Of a stretch of 64,000 nucleotides of DNA, positions 31,667 through 45,133 are shown in pieces. Position numbers and translations under genes: made by a program. The stretch is from Phyllobates terribilis (lineage: Eukaryota). The stretch spans positions 60,016,001 through 60,080,000 of the forward strand of contig NW_027362761.1 of assembly GCF_046119375.1 (NCBI RefSeq), in the 5' to 3' direction. How positions within the stretch are numbered: position 1 is the first letter of the stretch; each line of letters begins with the position of its first letter. Under the pieces are notes generated by a model. The model had not been told where the DNA came from. It worked only from the letters and a program-made list of their open reading frames with translations, and did no database searches.

Positions 31667-32944
31667 GCACAATTTCAGCTTGCCCATGGCCACGTCCTCG
31701 GCCTCTGGATGCACCATCACCATCATATCCACTTCCCTGTCCCTTGCCACGCACATTGCCCATTTTAAAGGAGGACAATATTTTCCATGTTCACAAGAAA
31801 TGGCTGATTTTGGAACGTAGTTATATGTGATGTCTGACAGAGAAGCATAGTTTTAAATAGCAGGCCTGTAATTTACTAATATTATTCTATACAGAGACCT
31901 AGTATGAATAGCTTGACCGACACACTGCAACGAAATGGAAGAAATGGCTGATTTTGGAACAGTCTTATAGGTGATATTTCTGACAGAGAACCACAGTTTT
32001 AAATATCAGACCTGTAATTTACTAATATTATTCTATACAGAGACCTAGTGTGAATAGCTTGACTGACACACCGCAACGAAATGCAAATGGAAGAAATGGC
32101 TGATTTTGGAACACTGTCATTGGTGATGTCTGATAGAGAACCATGGTTTTAAATAGCAGGCCAGTAATTTACTAATACTATTCTTCACAGACACTTAGTG
32201 TGAATAGCTTGACCGACACACTGCAACAGAATGGAAAAGGAGGCCAATATTTTCCAGGCTCATTTCAAATTTCTGGATTTTTATCACTGAAATATGGAAC
32301 AGATCTGGCTGTATTATGCAGTGCTAACAAGCAAATGGAGCAGAAAAATGGTGTACTCTGGATTGCTTTTTAAGCAAATAACTAGGATTAAGATAAAAAG
32401 AAAATTTGCCATGGCCCCTGATATCTGGGGCTATGTCTACAAATATCTGTAATTATTACAGCAGCAGCAGACAAGACATTCAATGGACCCTCTTGCGCTA
32501 TATCCACTGCAGTCTGCCACATACACTGTCTGCCTGCCTAGCACTGGAGCTGGATTAGTCCTCAGAATGACTGTTAGTTCAGATGGATATATATATATAT
32601 ATATGTTGTGGAATACCTATACTAACTATAAAGAAGCAAATCTCTCCCTGACGCAGCACCACCTCTCCCTACTCTGCCTGATTCCGGGATAGACTGTGAA
32701 TAGCATAGTGGAGCCAGGTCTTATATACACCTGATGATGCTGTGCAGCCAGCCAATCACTGTAATGCCACAACCAACATGGCTATGGCATTACAGTGCGT
32801 GGCAGGCTCTCTAAAGAGCGCCAAACATGCAGGGAGGGGACCTGAGTTCCCGCCAGAGCAACCCAGAAATACTCGTCCAGCTTGTCGAGCACCGTGAAGC
32901 TCGGGCGAGTACCGAGCAGTGGCGAGCACGTTCACTCATCACTA
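31667..32944 (-). mobile_element. 5' part of a hAT element with about 150-bp repeats and a transposase start
   Basis: Terminus TAGTGATGAG at 32944 and three 144-152-bp repeats (31795-32240). ATG at 31763 gives [27 protein letters not shown], then the frame is truncated. Confidence 0.65.
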
Positions 32945-33126
32945 ATAGGGATAGAAAAGCTTAAAACAGTGTCTAGTATACTACCACAGGGCTGGTTGTC
33001 TCACTCTATGAATAAGATTAGGTTGTTTCAAATGATAGTTGGAGATAGAAATAGGAGAAATTCAGGAGGTGTAAAGTCTGTGAGACTGTGAATTTATTGG
33101 TTTGTGATATTCCACAGTACAGCATA

Positions 33127-34189
33127 TTAACCCCTTCACACCCCGGGGCCATTTTTCTTTATTTCCCCTTTTTCCGAGAGCCATAACTTTTTTATTTTTG
33201 CTGTTTTGCAACAGGAGTTGTACTTTTTAAATGACACCATTCATTTTGCCAAATGTACTGGAAAACTGGAAAAAAATTCAAAATGCGGTGAAATTGCAAG
33301 AAAAGTACAATTTCACAATTTTTTTATTTTTTTTATTTACCATGCTCTATATATGGTAAAACTGATCTGGCAATATGATTTCCCAGGTCAGTACGAGTAC
33401 GCAGATACCAAACATGTTTAATTATTATTTTTTGTTTTAAGTGGTGAAAAAAAATTCAGAAATTTGTCAAAAAATTGTTTTGCTTTTTCCGAGACCTGTA
33501 AAAATCAAATTTTTTGGCATGTGGGGCTGTGTGAGGGCTTATATTTTGCACCCTGAGCTGACGTTTTTACTGATACCATCTTGGGGTAGATACAATGCTT
33601 TGATCGCCTCTTTTATTGCAATGTTGCAGTGACCCAAAAAACTTACTTTACCCATCCAATTAATTTATTTTATATTTTGATAGATCGGACATTTCTGAAT
33701 GCGGTGATACCAAATAAGTGTATTTTTTTAATGGTTTTATTTTTAAAGGGGCAAAAAACTAGTGTTTTTTTTATTTTTTTATATTTTTGAAAACTTTTTT
33801 TTTACTTTCTACTGTATTTAATAGTCTTTTTAGGATACTTTAAGCTGCAATCTTCTGATCGCTTGTGCTATATATAGCAGGGCTTCAGTGCTCCACAGGA
33901 GGATCGTGATGGCACTGGCGTCTTCGGCAGACCCCCCCGACTGTTATGACAACCCATCAGTGCCCCACGATCACATGACAGGCACGCCGATGGGAGAGAT
34001 CGAGGATGTGCTTCCTGTCTGCGCTTGTTAAATGCCGCTGTCAGTGATTGACAGCGGCATTTAACTGGTTAACAGCCTCAGGTGGCTATTAAATCAGCCA
34101 TGAAGTGTGGGGAAAGATGTGGACTCAGCATGTTAGCGGCATCAAAGGCAGGGAGACTGCCCTGCATCATCGGTCATAAAGGGGTTTAA
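33127..34189 (+). mobile_element. TTAACCCCTT-type non-autonomous element
   Basis: TTAACCCCTT...AAGGGGTTTAA. The interior is homologous in reverse to 41060-41979 and 51343-52638. Confidence 0.75.
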
Positions 34190-34240
34190 TTACAAAAATG
34201 TTCCTATAATTTTTTAAGCACTTCTAACCAGTAGGGCACT

Positions 34241-34881
34241 TTAAAGAGATCCTGTCACCAGGTCTTCCCAATAAGAAGTACTGCCAGCACCTTTATGTCT
34301 TCTTCCTCAGGATTCTGGTATGCTGCAAGTATGTCCCCAATCCTCTATGCAAGGCACAAAACATAGCTTTTATTATACCCACCGACAGCACGGTCTGGTC
34401 CGATGTCCGTCTCTGGTCTTGATCCGGCACCTCCTCTCTTCTTATCATCACCGTCTTCCTTCCCTTGTTCATGTGGATGAAATACACATGCACATGCGCT
34501 GGGAAAGGTCTAAGAGCACCAATGACCTCTAAGTAAAGTTAGCGCATGCGCAATGTAGTGCTTTGTTCTGCCCTTGGCAAGACAAAGAGGATTGCAGATG
34601 CGCAGGAGCATGATGGGGGATACATTGTGGACGATGTAAGACATGTCACCCACATGAAGCAGGGATGGAGGATGGCAGTTGTAAGAAGACAGGAGGCGCC
34701 GGATCAAGACCAGAGATGCCCATCCGACCGGACCACACTGTAAGTATAATAAAAGGGTTTTTTTGTGCCTTGCATAGTTGATTTTGGACATATATACAGC
34801 ATACCAGAATGCTGTGACAGAGGGCTTATAGGTACTGGCCCTACTTTATATTGGGAAAACCTGGTGACAGGTTCCTTTTAA
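34241..34881. mobile_element. Palindromic TTAA MITE
   Basis: TTAAAGAGATCCTGTCACCAGG ... CCTGGTGACAGGTTCCTTTTAA with inverted arms. Confidence 0.75.
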
Positions 34882-35850
34882 GTTCCCACAGTCCTATTTT
34901 GCCTACTGAACCAAAGTACTGAAACCAAGGCTTGTCCATCTTGGAAGTGTCCTTCTTAGAGTTAAAGACTGACAGCAAGGCATAAGTGAAATATTTTTAC
35001 ATTTCTTCTGCATTTCTTTTTTAAAATATTTTTATTTATCTATTTATTTATAAAGACAAAATGTAAATCCCCAACATTCTTGACATTTTTAATACAACTT
35101 TCTACCTCACAAAGTGTGAGCGTAAGAACATTTTTAGCTTGCTTTAATAGTCCACATTTACACATGTACTTGCTGCACCAGTACAGTGCCCTCTTGCAGG
35201 TGCTGGCTTTTGTGGAATGTACCTACCTTACATTTCTTGTCATGTCCTGTATTTTGTAGAAAGAGGTTGTATTTCATCTCTCCCCCAAATATTTTAGTAC
35301 TTTTAAAGTATTGCACATCTGATAAGGAAACCTTAGTGTGTTACACATTTAGTAAGCAATTAAAGACTTACAAGTACTGGCAGTTCATGGTGAATTTATT
35401 CCCTGCAAATAAAATTTTGGGGAAAAATTTGGCAATCTGGCGAATTCAAATTTAAAAAAATGTGATCATTTCTAATAATATCTACAGTAGTATAATTTGT
35501 GGGGATCCAAGCAGCTTCTGCTAAATTCCCTTATGCCACCACTAAAGGGCAAATGAAGCATTAAAAAATGCTAATGGAATTCAATAAGCTGCCAAGTAAC
35601 ATATGGAAATGTCTGGTTTCTGATTTGCTTTTTGAAACTGATCATGAATTCACTAACAGATGAGGGTCATCAATAGGTATCCCACAAACAACAATTATTA
35701 TCTATCCATAGGATGAATAGTACATGTATAAACAGTGCTGGTCACATTGGTCTTCCCCTTCTGATATGATAATCGGGTTCCCATGTCTGCCACGTGCATT
35801 GGTATGTTTTAGCGATTATTCACTGTTCATGGGAGAGTGGTAGTCATATA

Positions 35851-36079
35851 TTTTTTATTTATTTTTACTCACTTATATAGCGCCACAGCACTTTACAAAC
35901 ATTACCATCAATGTCCCCATTGGGGCTCACAATCTACATTCCCTATCAGTATGTCTTTGGATTTATGGGAGGAAACCAGAGAACCCGGAGGAAACCCACA
36001 CAAACACTGGGAGAATATTTGAGCTCAGGACGCCAGCGCTGCAAGGCTGTAGTGCTAACCACTGAGCCATTGTGCTGCC
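35851..36079 (-). mobile_element. tRNA-derived SINE (V-SINE-like), degraded
   Basis: Minus-strand head GGCAGCACAATGGCTCAGTGGTTAGCAC (A box), central TTTCCTCCGGGTTCTCTGGTTTCCTCCCA and tail GGCGCTATATAAG...AAATAAATAAA. Confidence 0.8.
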
Positions 36080-36125
36080 GATATGCACACTACTAATGCT
36101 AAGTGATAAAAGAGGTGATCACGTA

Positions 36126-37747
36126 CAGTACAGACCAAAAGTTTGGACACACCTTCTCATTTAAAGATTTTTCTGTATTTTCATGGCTATGAAAATTGTA
36201 CATTCACACTGAAGGCATCAAAACTATGAGTTAACACATGTGGAATTATATACTTAACAGAAAAGTGTGAAACAACTGAAAATATGTCTTATATTCTAGG
36301 TTCTTCAAAGTAGCCACCTTTTGCTTTGATGACTGCTTTGCACACTCTTGGCATTCTTTTGATGAGCTTCAAGAGGTAGTCCCCGGAAATGGTCTTCCAA
36401 CAATCTTGAAGGAGTTCCCAGAGATGCTTAGCACTTGTTGGCCCTTTTGTCTTCACTCTGTGGTCCAGCTCACCCCAAACCATCTCGATTGGGTTCAGGT
36501 CTGGTGACTGTGGAGGCCAGGTCATCTGACGTAGCACCCCATCACTCTCCTTCTTGGTCCACTAGCCCTTACACAGCCTGGAAGTGTGTTTGGGGTCATT
36601 GTACTGTTGAAAAATAAATGATGGTCCAGCTAAACGCAAACCGGATGGAATAGCATGCCGCTGCAAGTTACTGTGGTAGCCATGCTGGTTCAGTATGCCT
36701 TCAATTTTGAATAAATCCCCAACAGTGTCACCAGCAAAGCACCCCCACACCATCACACCTCCTCCTCCATGCTTCACGGTGGGAACCAGGAATGTAGAGT
36801 CTATCCGTTCACCTTTTCAGCGTCGCACAAAGACACAGTGGTTGGAACCAAAGATCTCAAATTTGAACTCATCAGACCAAAGCACACTGGTCTAATGTCC
36901 ATTCCTTGTGTTCTTTAGCCCAAAAAAGTCTCTTCTGCTTGTTGCCTGTCCTAAGCAGTGATTTCCTAGCAGTTATTTTACCATGAAGGCCTGCTGCACA
37001 AAGTCTCCTCTTAACAGTTGTTGTAGAGATGTGTCTGCTGCTAGAACTCTGTGTGGCATTGACCTGGTCTCTAATCTGAGCTGCTGTTAACCTGCGATTT
37101 CTGAGGCTGGTGACTTGGATAAACTTATCCTCAGAAGCAGAGGTGACTCTTGGTCTTCCTTTCCTGGGGCGGTCCTCATGTGAGCCAGTTTCTTTGCAGC
37201 GCTTGATGGTTTTTGCAATTGCACTTGGGGACACTTTCAAAGTTTGCCCAATTTTTCGGACTGACTGACCTTCATTTCTTAAAGTAATGATGGCCACTCA
37301 TTTTTCTTTACTTAGCTCCTTTTTTCTTGCCATAATACAAATTCTAACAGTCTATTCAGTAGGACTATCAGCTGTGTATCCACCAGACTTCTACACAACA
37401 TAACTGATGGTCCAAACCCCTTTTATAAGGCAAGAAATCCCACTTATTAAACCTGACAGGGCACACCTGTGAAGTGAAAACCATTTCCTGTGACTACCTC
37501 TTGAAGCTCATCAAGAGAATGCCAAGAGTGTGCAAAGCAGTCATCAAAGCAAAAGGTGGCTACTTCGAAGAATCTAGAATATAAGACATATTTTCAGTTT
37601 TTTCACACTTTTTTGTTAAGTATATAATTCCACATGTGTTAATTCATAGTTTTGATGCCTTCAGTGTGAATGTACGATTTTCATAGTCATGAAAATACAG
37701 AAAAATCTTTAAATGAGAAGGTGTGTCCAAACTTTTGGTCTGTACTG
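36126..37747 (-). mobile_element. Tc1 (CAGTACAGACC family), defective
   Basis: Both TIRs and TA TSDs are present. The transposase is broken into the ORFs 36872-37297, 36562-36777 and 36289-36537. Confidence 0.95.
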
Positions 37748-38685
37748 TATGCGCATTACCTCTCCATTCACACAGTTGTAATCATAGGCATCGCAGCGGA
37801 TAAACTCTCATCGATCATACAGTTAATTTATCAACTATTCTGTGGGTAGGTGATAAATTATGTCCATTGGATAACCATTTAACTAAAGGCTAGTGAAGAA
37901 ATCGTTACACTGTATTGAACTCGTATATGTTTTTAAGTTAGAAAATATCACTCCTGCAAAAGCGCATATCTTGTATATATTTTAGACTAATGAAAACAAC
38001 TGGTTAAAATATATAACTTTCACCAACTGTTCAAATATAACTGATGTATAAATTATAACTAATCTTTCTGTATGTTAATGATATTTGTTCTTGATGAGCA
38101 TGTTTCACTTTAGTAATAAAAGCTCTTGAAATGTATATTGGACACATTAGCCATGCTCTTATTTCCGGAAACAAATAATTCCAGATAATCTACAATGGGA
38201 TATAAATTTTGGAGAATGAAACCAAAAATAGCGCTTAACAATCAGTGAGTTATGAGCATGTGCATCCTTCCTTCTCTAATTTTAATGAGTACACTAGCCT
38301 GTGTATTACTAGAAACATTTCTTTTTTTTTTGCATTCAACACTCTAGAGTAGAATTTTTCTTCCACACTCCATTATACACATTGTATCAAACTGAGATCT
38401 AATTTGCTAAATTAGTCGGAGATGTCAGCTTTACCCAGCGTGTGGCTATATAAACAATGCATAACTGTATGTAGAATAGGCAGAAATAATATAAACAATT
38501 GATGACAAATGTTATTTTACCGGATATGTATATTTGTATGGATTTGCTTGAGTTCTGTTGTGTTGAGAGGTACAGATGTGACCTGTGGTATAGATATTAA
38601 AAATTGTTGAATGACTGCTATATCCAGCTGTAGACTAACCATGTCTTTCCGTTGGCGGTAACCAACAGTAAGAGATTTGCTAGAC

Positions 38686-38737
<52 letters not shown>

Positions 38738-39326
38738 AACCTGCTCTTTGTAATAAAATTAGAGGCTAAACTTTTTAAAAGGTATTAAATCACTTCATCT
38801 AATTCAAGTTATTATCTATGGAATAAATAAAAATAAAGTTTATGTTGCTAGCTAAAATGACCTCCATATATAAGTATATCATAAGGACACTAAAGGAAAT
38901 CTGTCACCAGCTTTTGCTACCCTACCTGAGAGCATCATGGTGTAGGGGCAGAGTCGCTGATTCCAGTAAGGGCTGCTTTCAGGCATTATCATAAAGCAAA
39001 ACCAAAAAAATGAGCCAGAGCATATGTTGGTACAAGTACAATGCATTGGTGTACATTCACATTGTGGCCATTTAACAGACAGAATCTAAAGTAAAAACAA
39101 AATTAACAAATACCTTATAATAAATAAATGAATAGTAATAGTATATGTATATGTAAATAAAATAGGGTACTTAGTTAACACTATTTTGATAAGAAAAGTG
39201 TAAAAGCCATCCCACCACGACAAGGTGTACCCAATTGCGACCATCCCGACTGGGTATACCTTCAGACGGTGGGATAGCTTTTGATCAAAATAGCGTTAAC
39301 TAAGTACCCTATGTTATTTACATGTA

Positions 39327-40881
39327 CAGTGGGGAAAAAAATATTTAGTCAGCCACCAATTGTGCAAGTTCTCCCACTTAAAAAGATGAGAGAGGCCTGT
39401 AATTGACATCTTAGGTAGACCTCAACTATGAGAGACAAAATGAGAAAACAAATCCTGAAAATCACATTGTCTGATTTGGAAAGAAATTTTTGTTCAAATT
39501 TTGGTGGAAAATAAGTATTTGGTCAATTACAAACAAGCAAGATTTCTGGCTCTCACAGACCTGTAACTTCTCCTTTAAGAGGTTCCTCTGTCCTCCACTC
39601 ATTACCTGTAGTACTGGCACCTGTTTGAACTTGTTATCAGTATAAAAGACACCTGTCCGCAACCTCAAACAGTCACACTCTAAACTCCACTATGGTGAAG
39701 ACCAAAGAGCTGTCGAAGGATACCAAAAAAAAATTGCAGCCCTGCACCAGGCTGGAAAGACTGAATCTGCAATAGGCAAGCAGCTTGGTGTGAAGAAATC
39801 AACTGTGGGAGCAATAATTAGAAAATGGAAGACATACAAGACCACTTATAATATCTCCCTCGATCTGGAGCTCCACACAAGATCTCACCCCGTGGGGTCA
39901 AAATGATCTCAAGAATGGTGAGCACAAATCCCAGAACCACACGGGGGGACCTAGTGAATGACCTGCAGAGAGCTGGGACCAACGTTACACAGGCTACTAT
40001 CAGCAACACACCACGCCGCCAGGGGCTCAGATCCTGCAGTGCCAGACGTGTCCCCCTGCTTAAGCCATTACATGTCCTGGCCCATCTGAGGTTTGCCAGA
40101 GAGCATTTGGATGATCCAGAAGAGTATTGGGAGTATGTCATATGGTCAGATGAAACCAAAGTAGAACTTTTTGGTACAAACACAACTCGTCGTGTTTGGA
40201 GGAGAAAGAATGCTGAGTTGCATCCAAAGAACACCATACCTACTGTGAAGCATGGGGATGGCAACATCATGCTTTGGGGCTGTTTCTCTGCCAAGGGACC
40301 AGGACGACTGATCCATGTACATGAAAGAATGAATGGGGCCATGTATCGTTAGATTTTGAGTGCAAACCTTCTTCCATCAGCAAGGGCATTGAAGATGAAA
40401 CGTGGCTGAGTCTTTCAGCATGACAATGATCCCAAGCACACCACCAGGGCAGGTGTGGCTTCGTAAGAAGCATTTCAAGGTCCTGGAGTGGCCTAGCCTG
40501 TCTCCAGATCTAAACCCTATAGAAAACCTTTGGATGGAGTTGGAAATCTGTGTTGCCCAGAGACAGCCCCAAAACATTACTGCTCTAGAGGAGATCTTCT
40601 TGTGAAGAATTACAGAAAATGTTTGACCTCTGTCATTGCCAACAAAGGATATATAACAAAGTATTGAGATGAACTTTTGTAATTGACCAAATACTTATTT
40701 TACATCAAAATTTGAAAAAAAATTCTTTCCAAATCAGACAATGTGATTTTCAAGATTTGTTTCCTCATTTTGTCTCTCATAGTTGATGTCATCCTATGAT
40801 GTCAATTACAGGCCTCTCTCATCTTTTTAAGTGGGAGAACTTGCACAATTGGTGGCTGACTAAATACTTTTTTCCCCACTG
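39327..40881 (+). mobile_element. Tc1 (CAGTGGGGAAAA family), full-length, defective
   Basis: TA|CAGTGGGG...CCCCACTG|TA. Transposase from ATG 39692 has frameshifts; WSDETK and SPDLNPIE are present. Confidence 0.93.
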
Positions 40882-41059
40882 TACTATTACTATTAATTTA
40901 TTTATTACTGGGTATTTGCTCATTTTGTTTTTATCTTAGGTTCTGTTCATCTTCATAAAGCAGCCCAGTAAGTAAAACATCGTTGCAATCAGGGTCTCTC
41001 TCTCCAAATTATGCTGCTCTCATATTAGCTAGCAAGAATCTTGTGACAGATTCCCTTTA

Positions 41060-41979
41060 AGTATAATAGGTCACTCTGTTACAGCGGTCGGCGCCCATAG
41101 AAAGTCAGCATTTCTGCTACACACAGGTGATCAGATAAAAGCTGCTTCTAGTCTCCCATGGAGACTATTGAAGCAGGTAAAAAGTAAGAAAAAAAGGTTT
41201 TTAAAAATATTAAAAATATATATAAATATAAAAGTTTAAATCACCCCCCTTTCACCACATTCAAAATAAAACAATAAAAAAAAATCACACATTCACACAT
41301 ACACATATTTGGTATCACTGGGTTCAGAATCGCCCGATCTATCAATATATAAAAAGAATTATTCCTATCGGTAAACGGCGTAACAAGAAAAATAATCAAA
41401 ACACCAGAATTGCGTTTTTTGGTGGCCGCAACATTGCAATAAAATGCAATAACGGGTGATCAAAACATCGTATCAATTCCAAAATGGTATCAATAAAAAT
41501 ATCAGCAAGGTGTGCAAAAAATAAGCCCTAACCCAGCCCCAGATCCCGAAAAATGGAGACGCTACGGGTCTCAGAAAATGGCAACATTTTTTTTTTTTTT
41601 TGTAACAAACTTTGGATTTTTTTTTCACCACTTAAATTAAAAAGAACCTATACATGTTTGGTATCTACCAACTTGTAATGATCGGGGGAATCATAATGGC
41701 AGGTCAGTTTTAGCATTCAGCGAACGTGGTAAAAAAAAAAAAAAACAACTGTGGAATTGGACTTTTTTGCCAATTCACCGCACTTGGAAATTTTTTTCTC
41801 ATTTTCTAGTACACTATAAGGTAAAACCAATGTTGGCGTTCAAAAGGATAACTCGTCCTATAAAAAACAATCCCTTATATGGCCATATTGACTGAAAAAT
41901 AAAAAAGTTATGGCTCTGGGAAGAAGAGTAAAAAATGAAAGCATAAAAAGGGAAAAGGAACTTGGCGTGAAGGGGTTAA
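41060..41979 (-). mobile_element. Partial TTAACCCCTT-type element
   Basis: Ends GAAGGGGTTAA and is homologous to 51343-52638. The left boundary is approximate. Confidence 0.7.
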
Positions 41980-43407
41980 TGAATCCAGAATGTCTGGCTC
42001 CATCACACCCCCTCATCAAGACTGGCGTGAACAATATCAGTCTTGATGAATCAGGGCCAATGTTTGATAATCAGGATATCTATTTACTTATGGGTTTTAT
42101 TGTCCCTGTATTTAAGTATAAAAAAAAATGAATGCTAAAAACCACAATGCACAATGTTTTCCTAGTTCACACCAGAATTTCTGGATGAAGTGGTTGACTA
42201 CAATTTTTGGCTATTGTCTAATAGGTGACGACTCCAAAAAGATCAAAAAGCTTTGAGACACAGAGAGGTTCAGGATTTCAGTTATGGGAGCGAAAATTTT
42301 TCGGTTAAACCTGATTTCCCCCTTGAAATCAGTTAGTGACATCACTCCTGAATCCTTAAAACTACACCGTTACTGTATTGATACCGCTCTGAACATAAAT
42401 GTTATTATGAAAATTTTGAACTTCATCATTGAACCCATTGACCCGCACTTTTTAGAGATTACAACAGACTCTGGTCAAGTGACAGTGATTAATTTCGCTA
42501 AGCAGGCTGGGGTGAATATTGTGTGAGCGCTGCAGAAGCCACAATCTATCTTAACAAAGTGGCATGTTGAATAAATGATGACAAGCGTTATCAGGCATTA
42601 GTATAGCATATAAACATATCAATAGTTACCGCTGAAATAAGAGGAAAAAATATGAAAAATTACAAAAACCGAGAAGTGGAAAAAGTGGATGTTTATGATA
42701 ACAGCTCCGTTCCTATTTATCTCAGGACAGAGCCGACTTCATCCAATTGTATAATTCATTGTAAAACAATTCCAAAGCTTGGGATCATATATCTGTCCCA
42801 GACTGATGCCAGAGACAGCAGTAGCAGCAGCTGCAGGACGGGCTTCTGAACGCTGCCCTACGACTGACCTCATCTGTGACCCAGAAACATCCTTTTTAAC
42901 AGTGAGACATAATACAGTCCCCAGGCTGCTTTTCTCCAGGGATTGACCTAGCAACCAAGGAAAAATTCTGTGGACTGATTTAGTTTCTTTTCCATCCAGA
43001 GAAAAAACTATTTTCTTCTTTCTCTTTTCAGTTCCTAATTGTTATAAGAGAAGTATAAAATTATAAGGGAGAGTAACATATTAATCTATAGATATTTTCA
43101 TAAGGACAAATGTCAAGTAAAATATCAGTGTGAGCTTTCATGAACAGCCTCTCCATACAAAGCTGAGACATTGCTTGCCATAAATCATGCTAGAAATGGA
43201 GGAAGATCCGTGTGCCAGTGGGGTCACGTTAGAAATCAATAAAGTTGATGTAGTTTTAGAGGTATTGATTGGGAAGACAGAAAAGTATAACAAGCACATT
43301 CTCCAGTAGACAAACAGGTCAGTTACATGTTATATGTCCATGTACACACATATCTATATATCTATATATATAGATATCTCTTATACATTAGTATGTTCAT
43401 GTATATA

Positions 43408-43454
<47 letters not shown>

Positions 43455-43469
43455 ATATATATATATATA

Positions 43470-45097
43470 CAGTACAGACCAAAAGTTTGGACACACCTTC
43501 TCATTTAAAGATTTTTCTGTATTTTCATGACTTTGAAAATTGTACATTCACACTGAAGGCATCAAAACTATGAATTAACACATGTGGAATTATATACTTA
43601 ACAAAAAAAGTGTGAAACAACTGAAAATATGTCTTATATTCAAGGTTCTTCAAAGTAGCCACCTTTTGCTTTAATGACTGCTTTGCACACTCTTGGCATT
43701 CTCTTGATGAGCTTCAAGAGGTAGTCACCGGAAATGGTCTTCCAACAATTTGAAGGAGTTCCCAGAGATGCTTAGCACTTGTTGGCCCTTTTGCCTTCAC
43801 TCTGTGGTCCAGCTCACCCCAAACCATCTCGATTGGGTTCAGGTCTGGTGACTGTGGAGGCCAGGTCATCTGGCGTAGCACCCCATCACTCTCCTTCTTG
43901 GTCAAATAGCCCTTACACAGCCTGGAGGTGTGTTTGGGGTCATTGTCCTGTTGAAAAATAAATGATGGTCCAACTAAACGCAAACCGGATGGAATAGCAT
44001 GCCGCTGCAAGATGCTGTGGTAGCCATGTTGGTTCAGTATGCCTTCAATTTTGAATAAATCCCCAACAGTGTCACCAGCAACGCACCCCCACACCATCAC
44101 ACCTCCTCCTCCATGCTTCACGGTGGGAACCAGGCATGTAGAGTCCAACCGTTCACCTTTTCTACATCGCACAAAGACACGGTGGTTGGAACCAAAGATC
44201 TCAAATTTGGACTCATCAGACCAAAGCACAGATTTCCACTGGTCTAATGTCCATTCCTTGTGTTCTTTAGCCCAAACAAGTCTCTTCTGCTTGTTGCCTG
44301 TCCTTAGCAGTGGTTTCCTAGCAGATATTTTACCATGAAGGCCTGGTGCACAAAGTCTCCTCTTAACAGTTGATGAAGAGATGTGTCTGCTGCTAGAACT
44401 CTGTGTGGCATTGACCTGGTCTCTAATCTGAGCTTTTGTTAACCTGCGATTTCTGAGGCTGGTGACTCGGATAAACTTACCCTCAGAAGCAGAGGTGACT
44501 CTTGGTCTTCCTTTCCTGGGGCGGTCCCTCATGTGAGCTAGTTTCTTTGTAGCGCTTGATGGTTTTGCAACTGCACTTGGGGACACTTTCAAAGTTTTCC
44601 CAATTTTTCGGACTGACTGACCTTCATTTCTTAAAGTAATGATGGCCACTCGTTTTTCTTTACTTAGCTGCTTTTTTCTTGCCATAATACAAATTCTAAC
44701 AGTCTATTCAGTAGGACTATCAGCTGTGTATCCACCAGACTTCTGCACAACACAACTGATGGTCCCAACCTCATTTATAAGGCAAGAAATCCAACTTATT
44801 AAACCTAACAGGGCACACCTGTGAAGTGAAAACCATTTCCGGTGACTACCTCTGGAAGCTCATCAAGAGAATGCCAAGAATGATCAAAGCAGTCATCAAA
44901 GCAAAAGGTGGCTACTTTGAAGAACCTAGAATATAAGACATATTTTCAGTTGTTTCACACTTTTTGGTTAAGTATATAATTCCACATGTGTTAATTCATA
45001 GTTTTGATGCCTTCAGTGTGAATGTACAATTTTCATAGTCATGAAAATACAGAAAAATCTTTAAATGAGAAGGTGTGTCCAAACTTTTGGTCTGTAC

Positions 45098-45099
<2 letters not shown>
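43470..45099 (-). mobile_element. Tc1 (CAGTACAGACC family), nearly intact transposase
   Basis: Both TIRs are present, with (TA)n on both flanks. ORF 43714-44685 has a compensating frameshift pair near codons 42-53 and a C-terminal frameshift. Confidence 0.95.

Positions 45100-45133
<34 letters not shown>

Noticed and set aside
42800-42960. GC-richer patch with CCTAGCAAC (RFX-like half site) as a host exon or enhancer
   Set aside because: No consistent splice sites or ORF, and a single short motif is expected by chance.
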